From a virus (Duplodnaviria; Heunggongvirae; Uroviricota; Caudoviricetes), in the IMG/VR virus record IMGVR_UViG_2734482773_000007: a stretch of 42,304 nt of DNA; one strand, written 5' to 3'. This document shows positions 30,052 through 39,909 of the stretch, piece after piece. The position numbers and the translations under genes were made by a program. The notes under the pieces were generated by a model. It saw only the letters and a list, made by a program, of their open reading frames with translations, ran no database searches and had not been told where the DNA came from. Position 1 is the stretch's first letter. Every line of letters starts with the position of its first letter.

Positions 30052-30239
30052 CGTTTAACAGCCTGCCGGACGGGCTGTCCTACCTTCTCAATCCGGTTGA
30101 CGCCGGGTTAATTCCTTATACAGCACTTAAAGATGGCTCTGTCGATTTGTACGACATTGCTCTCTTGAATGACCATCTGGCGGTAAAAGCGGATAACCAG
30201 CGGCGCATTGAGAAATGGAGAGAGGATAATGAACGCTGA
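29997..30239 (+). other. putative -1 programmed frameshift site and extension (GT-like long form of chaperone)
   Basis: Slippery heptamers A_AAT_TTT / T_TTT_TTG at 29997-30006; the -1 frame stays open from there to the TGA at 30237-30239 and encodes a plausible 78-residue extension overlapping the tape-measure start. Confidence 0.5.
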
Positions 30240-32217
30240 AACTATTAAAGATTTCCTCGTCTCGCTTGGCTTTAGTGTGGATGATGCAGGAGCGAAAAAG
30301 TTCGGTTCTGTCCTCGCCGGTACAACTGCAAATGTCATCAAAATGGGGCTGGCCGTCGAAGGAACTGCACTGTCCGTGGTGGCCTTCACGGCTAAGATTG
30401 CCTCCGGCCTGGATAATCTTTACTGGGCGTCACAGCGCACTGGCGCGACAGTCCAGGGAATTCAGTCTATTGGCTATGCGGTTTCACAGGTTGGCGGCAG
30501 TGTGGACGCTGCGCGATCTTCTCTGGAAAGCCTCTCCCGGTTTATTCGTAACAATCCCGGGGCAGAGGGATTTCTGAATCGCCTGGGGGTACAGACACGG
30601 GATGCCAGCGGTAACATGCGTGACATGGCCGCTATTTTTACAAGTGTAGGCCAGAAGCTCAGCGGCATGCCGTATTACCGGGCTAACCAGTATGCGCAGA
30701 TGCTGGGCATTGACGAAAATACCCTTATGGCGATGCGCCGGGGTGTGGGTGGCTTCTCCGGGCAGTACAGCGCAATGGCGAAAGCTATCGGCTTCAATGC
30801 TGACGAGGCGGCCAGAAGCTCCAACAAATTTATGACCTCCCTGCGTGAGTTTGGCGCGATGGCAGGCATGGCCCGTGACAAAATCGGCTCTAATCTTGCG
30901 GGTGGGCTTGCGGGTTCGCTGGACACCCTGCGCCGCCATATCCTGGACAACTTCCCTCGTATCGAGCAGACCCTGACGAAAGCCATAAAAGGCATTCTGG
31001 CGCTCGGGGATATTATCGGGCGGCTGTTCTTCAGACTGATTGAGGGGACATCAGGCCTCATCACCTGGTGGCAATCGCTGGATAAGCAAACGCGGGAGTT
31101 GATCTCGCTGTTTGGCGCACTGACGATTGCGCTGCGCATTCTGAACAGTACGTTCTGGATGTCGCCGATTGGCCTCATTACCGCGCTGGCGGCGGGTATT
31201 GCCCTCCTGTGGGAGGACTATCAGACCTGGAAGGAAGGCGGCGACAGCCTGATTGACTGGGGCAAGTGGAAACCGGAGGTCGATGCCGCGCTGAAGATGG
31301 TTCGTGACCTTAAAACGACCGTTAACGACCTGGCGAAAGCGCTGGCGAAACTACTCAATATTGACCCCAAATCATGGTCCCTGAAGTGGGATTTCAGCAA
31401 CTTCATCGACCAGATGGGCGAATTCAGCAAAATGCTGAACATGATCGCCGACCTGCTCAACGCTATCAAAGATGGCCGCTGGGCTGATGCCGTCAGCATC
31501 GGCAAACAGATACTTAATCAGGGCAGCGAAAATCCGTCAGCGATGCCGATGGTTACAGACAGCGCTAACAGTACTGCCGACTGGATTAAAGAGCACTGGG
31601 GATTCGATCCCCGCAGTGTGGGCCGGACGGTACGCGGCTGGTTTGGTGATGATGAGCCGGAACAACATGCACAGGCTACGAAACGAGGAGAACGGAATAA
31701 CAATCCGGGAAACCTTAATTTTGCTGGTCAGGCGGGGGCTTCTCTTGAACGCCCGGGCGGGCGATTTGCCAGATTTGAAACTGCTTTTGATGGATTACGG
31801 GCTCTTGCTCGTCAGTTAATGCTGTACGCCGGACGGGGAATAAACAGTGTGGAGAAAATTATCTCTACCTGGGCACCTGCGTCTGATAATAACAACACAA
31901 CTGCGTATATCAGGGCTGTATCGCAACGACTGGGAGTGGATCCCCGGGCTGCCCTGAATATGAGCGATCCGCAAACCATGTCAGCATTGATGAGCAGCAT
32001 TATCCAGCATGAAAATGGAAGAAATATCTATTCCCGAGAGCTGATTAATAAGGCTGCCGTGGCAGGAATTAGTGGCAAAGTGACAGAGGTTAACCAGCAA
32101 AATACCTACCACATTTACGGTGGCGGAGATCCGCACGCTGTCGGTAATGAGGTTGCACGTCGGCAACAGTCTGCAAATGCTCAGGTCATGCGAAGTAATC
32201 AGGTGAGGGTGGGTTAG
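30229..32217 (+). CDS. tail tape measure protein
   Basis: About 660 aa, helical/Gly-Ala-rich with hydrophobic segment; start set at ATG 30229 after GGAGAGAGG RBS (the ATG at 30208 is part of that RBS). Confidence 0.75.
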   Translation: MNAETIKDFLVSLGFSVDDAGAKKFGSVLAGTTANVIKMGLAVEGTALSVVAFTAKIASGLDNLYWASQRTGATVQGIQSIGYAVSQVGGSVDAARSSLESLSRFIRNNPGAEGFLNRLGVQTRDASGNMRDMAAIFTSVGQKLSGMPYYRANQYAQMLGIDENTLMAMRRGVGGFSGQYSAMAKAIGFNADEAARSSNKFMTSLREFGAMAGMARDKIGSNLAGGLAGSLDTLRRHILDNFPRIEQTLTKAIKGILALGDIIGRLFFRLIEGTSGLITWWQSLDKQTRELISLFGALTIALRILNSTFWMSPIGLITALAAGIALLWEDYQTWKEGGDSLIDWGKWKPEVDAALKMVRDLKTTVNDLAKALAKLLNIDPKSWSLKWDFSNFIDQMGEFSKMLNMIADLLNAIKDGRWADAVSIGKQILNQGSENPSAMPMVTDSANSTADWIKEHWGFDPRSVGRTVRGWFGDDEPEQHAQATKRGERNNNPGNLNFAGQAGASLERPGGRFARFETAFDGLRALARQLMLYAGRGINSVEKIISTWAPASDNNNTTAYIRAVSQRLGVDPRAALNMSDPQTMSALMSSIIQHENGRNIYSRELINKAAVAGISGKVTEVNQQNTYHIYGGGDPHAVGNEVARRQQSANAQVMRSNQVRVG

Positions 32218-32804
32218 TGGATATTCTCTCTACACTTTTTCATCAGCAGAGCAGAAAAATAGGAATGATTGTTCCCAGTGTTGTTATTTCAGAGAAGCAT
32301 ACAGATATGCTTGAAATAACAGAGCATCCGGTAGAGGTCGGGGCTGCTGTCGCTGATCATGCCTATAAAAAACCGTCAGAAGTGGTGATGGAGGTTGGTT
32401 TCGCCGGTGGCGGCGCATTGCTGGATTTTGCCAGTAACCTGACGGCTACCAGCCTGCTCGGCCTGAGTCCTCAGCAGACGTATCAGGAGCTACTGGATCT
32501 GCAGGAAAGCCGTATCCCCTTCGATGTGGTAACCGGTAAACGGCTGTACAGCAACATGTTGATCCGGGCGCTGGAAGTGACGACGGACAAGACAACCGAA
32601 AACGTCCTGTCCGCCGTCCTCACCCTGAGGGAGGTCCTTATCTCCCGGACACAGCAGATCACCGTCGCTGATAAAACCAACATGAAGGAAGGGGCCAGCA
32701 CGTCGGCGGTACAGAACAGCGGCAACAAAACCACAAAGCCTCCAGATACTTCACTGCTGAAAAGCATCACGGGTAACGTGGTGTCATTACTGGGAGGCGG
32801 ATAA
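32217..32804 (+). CDS. tail/baseplate-associated protein
   Basis: 195-aa ORF, start overlaps tape-measure stop. Confidence 0.45.
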   Translation: MDILSTLFHQQSRKIGMIVPSVVISEKHTDMLEITEHPVEVGAAVADHAYKKPSEVVMEVGFAGGGALLDFASNLTATSLLGLSPQQTYQELLDLQESRIPFDVVTGKRLYSNMLIRALEVTTDKTTENVLSAVLTLREVLISRTQQITVADKTNMKEGASTSAVQNSGNKTTKPPDTSLLKSITGNVVSLLGGG

Positions 32805-33106
32805 TGACAATTCAGGAAATTCCGCTGACAGCGGACAACCAGCAGTTCAGCATCGTCCTGGGTGGTGTCACCTGGCGGATTAGCATCATATGGCGCGATC
32901 CTTACTGGATTATGGACCTGCAGAACGACAGAGGGGAGCCGGTAATCTCCGGTATACCTCTCGTCACTGGCGCTGACCTGCTGGCGCAGTACGCCTGTAT
33001 GGGACTTGGTTTTAAGCTGTTGGTGGTCTGCGATGACAACACACAGGATTATCCCACGAAAACTGACCTGGGCGGGCGCAGTCATTTACTGGTATCAACG
33101 GAGTAA
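32804..33106 (+). CDS. small tail protein
   Basis: 100-aa ORF, start overlaps upstream stop. Confidence 0.45.
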   Translation: MTIQEIPLTADNQQFSIVLGGVTWRISIIWRDPYWIMDLQNDRGEPVISGIPLVTGADLLAQYACMGLGFKLLVVCDDNTQDYPTKTDLGGRSHLLVSTE

Positions 33107-33108
33107 GC

Positions 33109-34176
33109 ATGTCACAGAACTGGATGAGACATTTCGAGCTGCAGCTTGTGGACGGGAACGGTCAGGGAATTGAGCTAAGTGATTTCAAAGTCACCTTTAC
33201 GATCGACTGGTTCAACATCAGCAGCGCGTCCCGGGTAGGGACTATCAAAATTTATAACCTCTCGGCAGATACTGTGAACCGAATTACCGGGCAGGAGTTT
33301 TCGAAAGTGCGTCTGATTGCGGGTTACGACGGTATCGCGCCGGAGGTGTCGGCAAGCGATGTCGGGACCGTGCGGGAGGTTGATGCGGCGGACGTGGGCC
33401 AGAGTGATGGCCGCAACTACGGACTGATTTTCAGCGGTGAAATTCGCTACTCGGTCACAGGAAAAGACAGCCCGGTTGATTCCTACGTCCTGATTCAGGC
33501 AGCCGATACAGATCTGGCTTTTGCCACCAGTATAACCTCACAGACGCTGGCTGCCGGTTACACGGTCGCTGATGTGAACCGTGCGCTGATGAAAGACTTC
33601 GAAGCCAAAGGTGCGACCGAAGGCCTGACGCCTGAAATGCCTGCTACTGTATTCCCCCGGGGGCGGGTACTCTTTGGCATGACGCGGCATCTTATGGATA
33701 ATGTAGCCGGGCAATGTGGCGCAACATGGCAATTCGTGGATGGTCAACGCCAGATGGTGGCGAATAATGAATATGTTCACGAAGCGATTGTGCTCAACAG
33801 CGCTACCGGGCTTATTGGCATGCCGCAGCAGACTATCGGTAACGGCGTAAACGTCCGCGCGCTTATTAATCCGAACATCCGGGTTAACGGGCTCATTCAA
33901 CTGGATCAGGCTTCAGTGTATCGTACCGCGTTGTCGAACAACGATATCGCGATGGCCGGTGGGCAGATCACCGACCAGAACACGGACGGAAATATTACGC
34001 TAAGCGGCACCACATCGCAGCCTGCCAGCATCGCAACGGATGGCGTTTATATTGTGCGTGGGATTATGTACACTGGCGACACAAGGGGGCAGGCGTGGTA
34101 CATGGATATGATGTGTGAAGCACGTGGCGCGGCTGATCTACTTTCGTCCTCAGCGCAGCAAAGGATTTATTCATGA
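33109..34176 (+). CDS. baseplate hub-like protein (Mu gp44 / late control D-like position)
   Basis: 355 aa; position after tape measure in Mu-like order. Confidence 0.45.
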   Translation: MSQNWMRHFELQLVDGNGQGIELSDFKVTFTIDWFNISSASRVGTIKIYNLSADTVNRITGQEFSKVRLIAGYDGIAPEVSASDVGTVREVDAADVGQSDGRNYGLIFSGEIRYSVTGKDSPVDSYVLIQAADTDLAFATSITSQTLAAGYTVADVNRALMKDFEAKGATEGLTPEMPATVFPRGRVLFGMTRHLMDNVAGQCGATWQFVDGQRQMVANNEYVHEAIVLNSATGLIGMPQQTIGNGVNVRALINPNIRVNGLIQLDQASVYRTALSNNDIAMAGGQITDQNTDGNITLSGTTSQPASIATDGVYIVRGIMYTGDTRGQAWYMDMMCEARGAADLLSSSAQQRIYS

Positions 34177-34520
34177 AGCGTATGAAGTTAGTTTTGACAA
34201 TTTCGTTATTATTTTCTTGTTCAGCAGCTTTTGCTGATTTGCAATGCGGCGGATATCTACTTCATGCAGCTGATAACGGTTGGACAAAAATCAACGGTGA
34301 GCAGGTAACATCACAGAAGATTACGTTTCTTGGTAAGAAAGATGACTGGGACAACGTTAAAACGAACATGGGCCTGATGCCTTCTCGCGATGGCAACAAT
34401 TACGGCTTTGAGTTTGTGAAGCGTAACGGAAAAGCTTTCCTGAACGTCCAGCTTCTGCAGAACAGCATGGATGCGCCTAAAATCATCGGATCATTCCCTT
34501 GTAAAAAGGCGTTACGCTAA
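34173..34520 (+). CDS. small secreted protein (cleavable signal peptide), moron-like
   Basis: 115 aa; N-terminus MKRMKLVLTISLLFSCSAAFA then DLQ fits Sec signal with AFA cleavage site; AT-rich; inserted between baseplate hub and spike genes. Confidence 0.55.
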   Translation: MKRMKLVLTISLLFSCSAAFADLQCGGYLLHAADNGWTKINGEQVTSQKITFLGKKDDWDNVKTNMGLMPSRDGNNYGFEFVKRNGKAFLNVQLLQNSMDAPKIIGSFPCKKALR

Positions 34521-34547
34521 AGTTTGATGTCAATCTTCCGAGATGAG

Positions 34548-34582
34548 CGCTTTAAGGTTGACGAGATATTGTTCAAAGTTCA
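34548..34582 (+). promoter_or_regulatory. candidate promoter for the 34616..35771 cassette (TTGACG-N17-CACAAT)
   Basis: Read from sequence; weak -10. Confidence 0.25.
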
Positions 34583-34615
34583 CAATCACAATCCCTTTAG
34601 TAAGAGAAATAATCC

Positions 34616-35389
34616 ATGGCGGCAGGCATCCCATTAGAAAAAGCGCAAAAATATATTGAACAATTCAATGCGCTTCTATTGGATAGGGAAAGTTTAGATC
34701 CCTTCACTGAAAAGAAAATTCGAGAGGAACTTTCTGTCTCTCCAACGCCTGCTACCAACATTGCACTATCTTATCTGGATGCAATAACCGGAAAGATTGA
34801 AAGCGCGTTACGTTATCTCAGGATAAGCCTAGAAGTAAACGATGTAACGTTGGCAATGCACTATCATCACATTTTAATTAATACATTTAGCTATAATGAA
34901 CTCAAGGATGTCTATGTCCCGCTGGCAAAGAAGTATCGGACAAAACTCTTTAGTCACAACGCATACAGTTGGGCGTACCGTTGCGGCGAGCGTGAACAGT
35001 TAAAATTTTATATGGAAGAGCACATTAAGCTTCTTTCTGAATCAGAAGGCAGGAGTAATGCTATGAAGCACAAAGAAGAACTCCTTGCAGAAATGGATAA
35101 TTTCTATAGCGCCACACAGTGCTCGAAGGAACAGTTCCAGACCTTAGCATCCATAATCTGGGGCTTGCTAAGTGAATACAAGGCTACGACAGGTTTCGTT
35201 CAGCTTAGTGGAAGCGGTTGCTATGTTGTTGATATTAAAAATCTTGAGCCTAAAACTATTGCCAAAATGAACTTCGACTTGGCTGATAGAGTCTGCGCTG
35301 AATCTAAACTGGATGATTGTTCCCTGTTAGCTAGATTTACCTCTCCGCGTCAGTTGCATACGGGGGTGAGCTACCATGTCGGTAACTAG
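34616..35389 (+). CDS. hypothetical helical protein, first gene of AT-rich two-gene cassette
   Basis: 257 aa, AT-rich codons, no signal peptide, no catalytic motif recognised; overlaps next gene by 14 bp. Confidence 0.55.
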   Translation: MAAGIPLEKAQKYIEQFNALLLDRESLDPFTEKKIREELSVSPTPATNIALSYLDAITGKIESALRYLRISLEVNDVTLAMHYHHILINTFSYNELKDVYVPLAKKYRTKLFSHNAYSWAYRCGEREQLKFYMEEHIKLLSESEGRSNAMKHKEELLAEMDNFYSATQCSKEQFQTLASIIWGLLSEYKATTGFVQLSGSGCYVVDIKNLEPKTIAKMNFDLADRVCAESKLDDCSLLARFTSPRQLHTGVSYHVGN

Positions 35390-35771
35390 CAATCAGATTC
35401 TCGATACCGCTCGATTATGTCTGTCTGAAAATATTGAGAGTGGATTTCGAAGCGCTATCTCAAGGGCGTATTACAGTATGTTACATGAGTCTATTAGCTC
35501 ACTTACTGCCATACCGCATTTTACCCATGAGCATCACAAAAATACTGTGGGTTATATGTCAACGCCCTCAGAGTGCAAATCAGAGCCATACCCGACAAAT
35601 ACACTGAAATCCCTAGCTTTCGTACTTCGCCAGTGGCGGGATGCTAGAAATGAAGCTGACTATGATCTGACGAATGTGACTGTTTCGAAAGAGATGGGAC
35701 AGGATGCAATCGAGGCTGCTGAACTCTATTTTGAGCGCTGGGAACAGCTAAAGTCTGCTAGAGTTTCATGA
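35376..35771 (+). CDS. small helical protein with HEPN-like features, second gene of cassette
   Basis: 131 aa; SRAYYSMLHES contains an R-x6-H spacing and AYY..LH helix start reminiscent of HEPN domains; tentative. Confidence 0.5.
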   Translation: MSVTSNQILDTARLCLSENIESGFRSAISRAYYSMLHESISSLTAIPHFTHEHHKNTVGYMSTPSECKSEPYPTNTLKSLAFVLRQWRDARNEADYDLTNVTVSKEMGQDAIEAAELYFERWEQLKSARVS

Positions 35772-35788
35772 ATAAAATTAACGTTATC

Positions 35789-35813
35789 AAACCCGCTTCG
35801 GCGGGTTTTTTGC
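35789..35813 (+). terminator. rho-independent terminator (AAACCCGC-TTCG-GCGGGTTT + T-tract)
   Basis: Perfect 8-bp stem, UUCG tetraloop, U-run; 18 nt after cassette stop. Confidence 0.8.
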
Positions 35814-35830
35814 TTTCTGGAGCCTACTAA

Positions 35831-36583
35831 ATGGCAGTATCTGACCAGACCCGCAGCGGCGACCTTGCCGAAACATTCAAATCTGAACGGGAAACAACAA
35901 AGAACCAGATCCGTGTCGCCTTGCCTGGCATTATTCAGTCATTCGATCCTGATGCGGTGACGGCAGTTGTGCAGCCTGCTATCCGTTCGGTTGAAAAGGA
36001 TAATGACGGCAACCGCATTACCAAAAATTACCCATTGCTGGTGGATGTGCCAGTGGTATTCCCGCGCGGCGGAGGATGTACGCTAACATTCCCAGTTAAA
36101 GCCGGTGATGAATGTTTGGTGATTTTTGCCGATCGTTGTATTGATTTCTGGTGGCAGAGTGGCGGGATACAGGAGTCGGTCGATGACAGAATGCATGATT
36201 TATCGGATGCGTTTTGTATTGTCGGTCCCCAGTCGCAGGCAAGGAAGATTAGCGGTATTAATACCAGTGCCACACAGTTGCGTAGTGATGACGGCAGCAC
36301 CTATTTTGAGCTTAATCCTGATACCAGGAAAATTAAAATTGTCGCTCCAGGTGGTCTTGATGTGGTTGTCCCTCTGGCTGATTTTTCTGAGAAAGTAACC
36401 ATTCATGGCCTGTTAACCTGGATGGGTGGCATGGTGGGGTCTGTTGTTTCTGGTGTGGCTTCAAAAATCACTGGTGCTGTTGAGTTCTTGGGGAGCGTTA
36501 AGGCTAACGGCAAGCCAATCGATGATACGCACACTCATGGCGGTGTTCAGCGCGGTGGAAGCAATACCGATGGGGTAAACTGA
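35831..36583 (+). CDS. baseplate spike / assembly protein V-like
   Basis: 250 aa; gpV/Mu gp45-like position; Gly-rich C-terminus. Confidence 0.6.
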   Translation: MAVSDQTRSGDLAETFKSERETTKNQIRVALPGIIQSFDPDAVTAVVQPAIRSVEKDNDGNRITKNYPLLVDVPVVFPRGGGCTLTFPVKAGDECLVIFADRCIDFWWQSGGIQESVDDRMHDLSDAFCIVGPQSQARKISGINTSATQLRSDDGSTYFELNPDTRKIKIVAPGGLDVVVPLADFSEKVTIHGLLTWMGGMVGSVVSGVASKITGAVEFLGSVKANGKPIDDTHTHGGVQRGGSNTDGVN

Positions 36584-36936
36584 TGCGATACAGACGTGAA
36601 GACGCCGATGGCGATTACACCTTTGGCAGCGGTGATGACACCTGGCTGATTAACTCACCGGAGGCCGTGGCGCAGGCGGTAAAAACGCGATTCGAATTGT
36701 GGTATGGGCAATGGTTTCTCGACACCACCGAAGGGACTCCGTGGATCCAGTCCGTGCTCGGTAAGCAGAAGCCGGAAACCTACAACCTGGCGATCCGTAA
36801 GCGCATTCTGGAAACGCAGGGCGTTAAATCAATCCTCTCTTTCAATACGACGGTGGATACCACGACCCGACGTGTCATGTTTTCCGCTGAAATCGACACT
36901 CTTTATGGAATAACGACTGTTACATCGGAGGCGTAA
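36583..36936 (+). CDS. baseplate wedge protein (GPW/gp25-like)
   Basis: 117 aa, start overlaps upstream stop; position between V-like and J-like genes. Confidence 0.55.
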   Translation: MRYRREDADGDYTFGSGDDTWLINSPEAVAQAVKTRFELWYGQWFLDTTEGTPWIQSVLGKQKPETYNLAIRKRILETQGVKSILSFNTTVDTTTRRVMFSAEIDTLYGITTVTSEA

Positions 36937-38135
36937 TGGCTCTGAACCTTGATTCTCTCGGTTTATCTGCAAAGGTAACCGCGGAGGGGATCAGTGCGCC
37001 TGATTATCAGACGATACTCAGCACCCTGATTAGCTATTTTCAGCAGATTTATGGTAGTGATGCCTACCTCGAACCGGACAGCAAAGACGGCCAGATGGTG
37101 GCTCTGATGGCGCTGGCGATTCATGATGCCAATAATACGGCGATAACTGTCTACAACTGTTTTTCACCGGCAACCGGCTATGGGGCTGCACTGACCAGTA
37201 ACGTGAAAATAAATGGTATTTCACGTAAAGGCGCGACGAACTCTACGGTTGATTTGCTTCTTACAGGAACTGCCGGAACAACCATCATTAATGGCAGCGT
37301 GAAAGACAGTAATAATGTGATATGGCGTTTGCCTGCTTCAGTGGTGGTAGGCGTGGATGGTACAGTGATGGTGACCGCAACATGTTCCGTCAGTGGTGCA
37401 GTGGCGGCGCTGGCTGGAACTATCACTGAAATTAATACGCCAACCCGTGGCTGGGTTTCGGTAACCAATCCTGCTGCAGCTACTGTGGGCACTCCGGCAG
37501 AAACTGACGCGGAGTTACGTATCCGCCAGTCGCAGAGTGTTGCGTTGCCATCAATAACCCCATTTGAAGCACTGGATGGTGCTGTTTCTAATGTTACCGG
37601 TGTAACCCGCCACAAACTCTATGAAAACGATACTGGTTCGGAGGACGGTAACGGGTTACCGCCACACTCTGTTGCTGTAATTGTGGATGGCGGTGATGTA
37701 ACGGATATTGCTCAGGCTATCAGAGGGAATAAAGGCCAGGGGACAGCCACTCACGGTACAACATCCGTTACGGTTCCGGATAAATACGGCAATCCCCATG
37801 TAATCAAATTCTCGCGTTCCAGTGATGTGCCTGTTTATGCCCGGATTAAATTAAAAGTTTTTACGGGTTATACCTCACAGATAGGGCAGCAGATCCAGCA
37901 GGCTATTTCCGACTATATCAATAGTCTGACGATCGGTGATTCGGTCCTTTTAAGTCGCATTTACTCACCGGCGAATCTTGGCGTGGTGAGTGGCGGGAAT
38001 GCACGCTATTACGATATTCAGGAACTGACGATTGGTAAATCCCCGGGGGCTTTGTCGTCATCAAACATTGATATTAGATATAACGAATCTGCGTCCTGTA
38101 CCCCGAAAAATATCGTTATAACGGTGGAGTCATGA
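36936..38135 (+). CDS. baseplate J-like protein
   Basis: 399 aa; position and size. Confidence 0.6.
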   Translation: MALNLDSLGLSAKVTAEGISAPDYQTILSTLISYFQQIYGSDAYLEPDSKDGQMVALMALAIHDANNTAITVYNCFSPATGYGAALTSNVKINGISRKGATNSTVDLLLTGTAGTTIINGSVKDSNNVIWRLPASVVVGVDGTVMVTATCSVSGAVAALAGTITEINTPTRGWVSVTNPAAATVGTPAETDAELRIRQSQSVALPSITPFEALDGAVSNVTGVTRHKLYENDTGSEDGNGLPPHSVAVIVDGGDVTDIAQAIRGNKGQGTATHGTTSVTVPDKYGNPHVIKFSRSSDVPVYARIKLKVFTGYTSQIGQQIQQAISDYINSLTIGDSVLLSRIYSPANLGVVSGGNARYYDIQELTIGKSPGALSSSNIDIRYNESASCTPKNIVITVES

Positions 38136-38812
38136 GCAAATACACCGAACTAATCACAAACTACCACGCCACCAAACCTAAATTTCTTGCACATGTTGAT
38201 CTGATGACCCGGCCGCTTATTTATGTTGCGGCTGCCACCAGCGGGCTGATTACTGCATTTGATATTGACTCTGCGGTTGGTGTGCAACTTGACATTCTGG
38301 GATTGTGGATCGGACGTAGCCGTGTTGTCAGCCAGCTTATCTCAGGTATCTATTTCAGCTGGGATACCGACGGGCTTGGATATGATCAGGGTGTATGGCA
38401 GGGACCATACGATCCTGATTCCGGATACATGTACCTCAGCGATGAAATTTATCGTGTCATCCTTAAAGCGAAGATTGCGATTAATAACTGGGACGGACGG
38501 AATGATTCGCTTCCAGCAATTCTTGACGCGGCGACAGCAGGATCCGGGCTGCGAATGCAGATTGTCGATAACCAGGACATGACGATATCGGTCTGGGTCT
38601 TTCCTGATACTGATATTTCAGATGTATCGCGTGAGTTAATTGCTGCAATTAAACAGGGATATCTCACAGTAAAAGCCGCCGGGGTGTGGGCGGGTGACAT
38701 TGAAACACCTTCGGTGGAAACCCCATCGGAAGGCTCAAAATTTTTTGGTTTTGATATGGATAACGAATTTATCAGTGGTTTTGATGTAGGGGCATGGGGA
38801 GTATTACTCTGA
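38132..38812 (+). CDS. baseplate/tail protein I-like
   Basis: 226 aa between J-like gene and tail fibre. Confidence 0.5.
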   Translation: MSKYTELITNYHATKPKFLAHVDLMTRPLIYVAAATSGLITAFDIDSAVGVQLDILGLWIGRSRVVSQLISGIYFSWDTDGLGYDQGVWQGPYDPDSGYMYLSDEIYRVILKAKIAINNWDGRNDSLPAILDAATAGSGLRMQIVDNQDMTISVWVFPDTDISDVSRELIAAIKQGYLTVKAAGVWAGDIETPSVETPSEGSKFFGFDMDNEFISGFDVGAWGVLL

Positions 38813-39909
38813 TGGCAAAAAATGACTTTAAAACATTCGCAACGGGTAAAAATGCCAATGTTATGTCGCAGGAGGAATGGGAAGCGTTGCCTGCGCTTTT
38901 ATCCGGATTTACAGCAGGGAAAGCATCCAGTGCGCAAGTCAATAAGGTTATTCGGCAGGCCAGCTTTATTGCATCTGCAATAGCACAATATACAGCAAAT
39001 GAAAGTGGACTGGATGTACAGGACGATGGCGATCAGGCCGGCTTTATCGCAAAAATGTCGTCTGCATTAGATAAGAACTATCAGAGAATTAATGCCATAC
39101 TTACCGCACTTGCTAATCTTTCAGCATCCGAAAACAAATTACCGTATTTTACCAATCAAGATACCGCTAATTTGGCTGACCTGACACAGGTTGGGCGAGA
39201 TATTTTGGCAAAAAGCTCTGTTGCTGATGTCCTTAAATATCTTGGTTTGGAAAATAATTCGACCTTTCCTGTAGGTGCCCCGATCCCGTGGCCATCAGAT
39301 ACAGTTCCATCTGGTTATGCTCTGATGCAGGGACAGACTTTTGACAAGTCTGCATACCCGAAACTTGCAGCCGCTTATCCGTCAGGCGTGATCCCTGATA
39401 TGCGTGGCTGGACAATCAAAGGTAAGCCTGCAAGTGGACGTGATGTTCTTAGCCAGGAACAGGACGGCATTAAATCGCACACCCACAGCGCCAGTGCTTC
39501 AAATACAGATTTAGGGACAAAAAACACATCATCGTTTGATTATGGAACTAAATCTACGAATAACACTGGTGCGCATACCCATAGCGTTAGCGGAACAGCA
39601 GCTTCAGCAGGTGCACATACGCATCCGATATCTCAGGGGGATAATGCTAACGTTAGCTCCGGTAGAGTAGCTTCGTCGAACTCTGCTCAAACTCACTTAG
39701 GTGCAACGAATTCTGCTGGCGCGCATACCCACTCAGTATCAGGTACTGCAGCAAGTGCTGGGGCGCATACACATACTGTCGGTATTGGTGCTCATACGCA
39801 CTCCGTTGCGATTGGCTCACATGGACACACCATCACCGTTAACGCTGCTGGTAACGCGGAAAACACCGTCAAAAACATCGCATTTAACTATATTGTGAGG
39901 CTTGCATAA
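38812..39909 (+). CDS. tail fibre protein with internal His/Thr-rich repeats
   Basis: Start at ATG overlapping upstream stop (MAKNDFKTF); repeated [19 protein letters not shown] units; conserved C-terminal FNYIVRLA. Confidence 0.7.
   Translation: MAKNDFKTFATGKNANVMSQEEWEALPALLSGFTAGKASSAQVNKVIRQASFIASAIAQYTANESGLDVQDDGDQAGFIAKMSSALDKNYQRINAILTALANLSASENKLPYFTNQDTANLADLTQVGRDILAKSSVADVLKYLGLENNSTFPVGAPIPWPSDTVPSGYALMQGQTFDKSAYPKLAAAYPSGVIPDMRGWTIKGKPASGRDVLSQEQDGIKSHTHSASASNTDLGTKNTSSFDYGTKSTNNTGAHTHSVSGTAASAGAHTHPISQGDNANVSSGRVASSNSAQTHLGATNSAGAHTHSVSGTAASAGAHTHTVGIGAHTHSVAIGSHGHTITVNAAGNAENTVKNIAFNYIVRLA

Noticed and set aside
30208-30228. ATG at 30208 as tape-measure start
   Set aside because: The ATGGAGAGAGG sequence there is better explained as the ribosome-binding site for the ATG at 30229.
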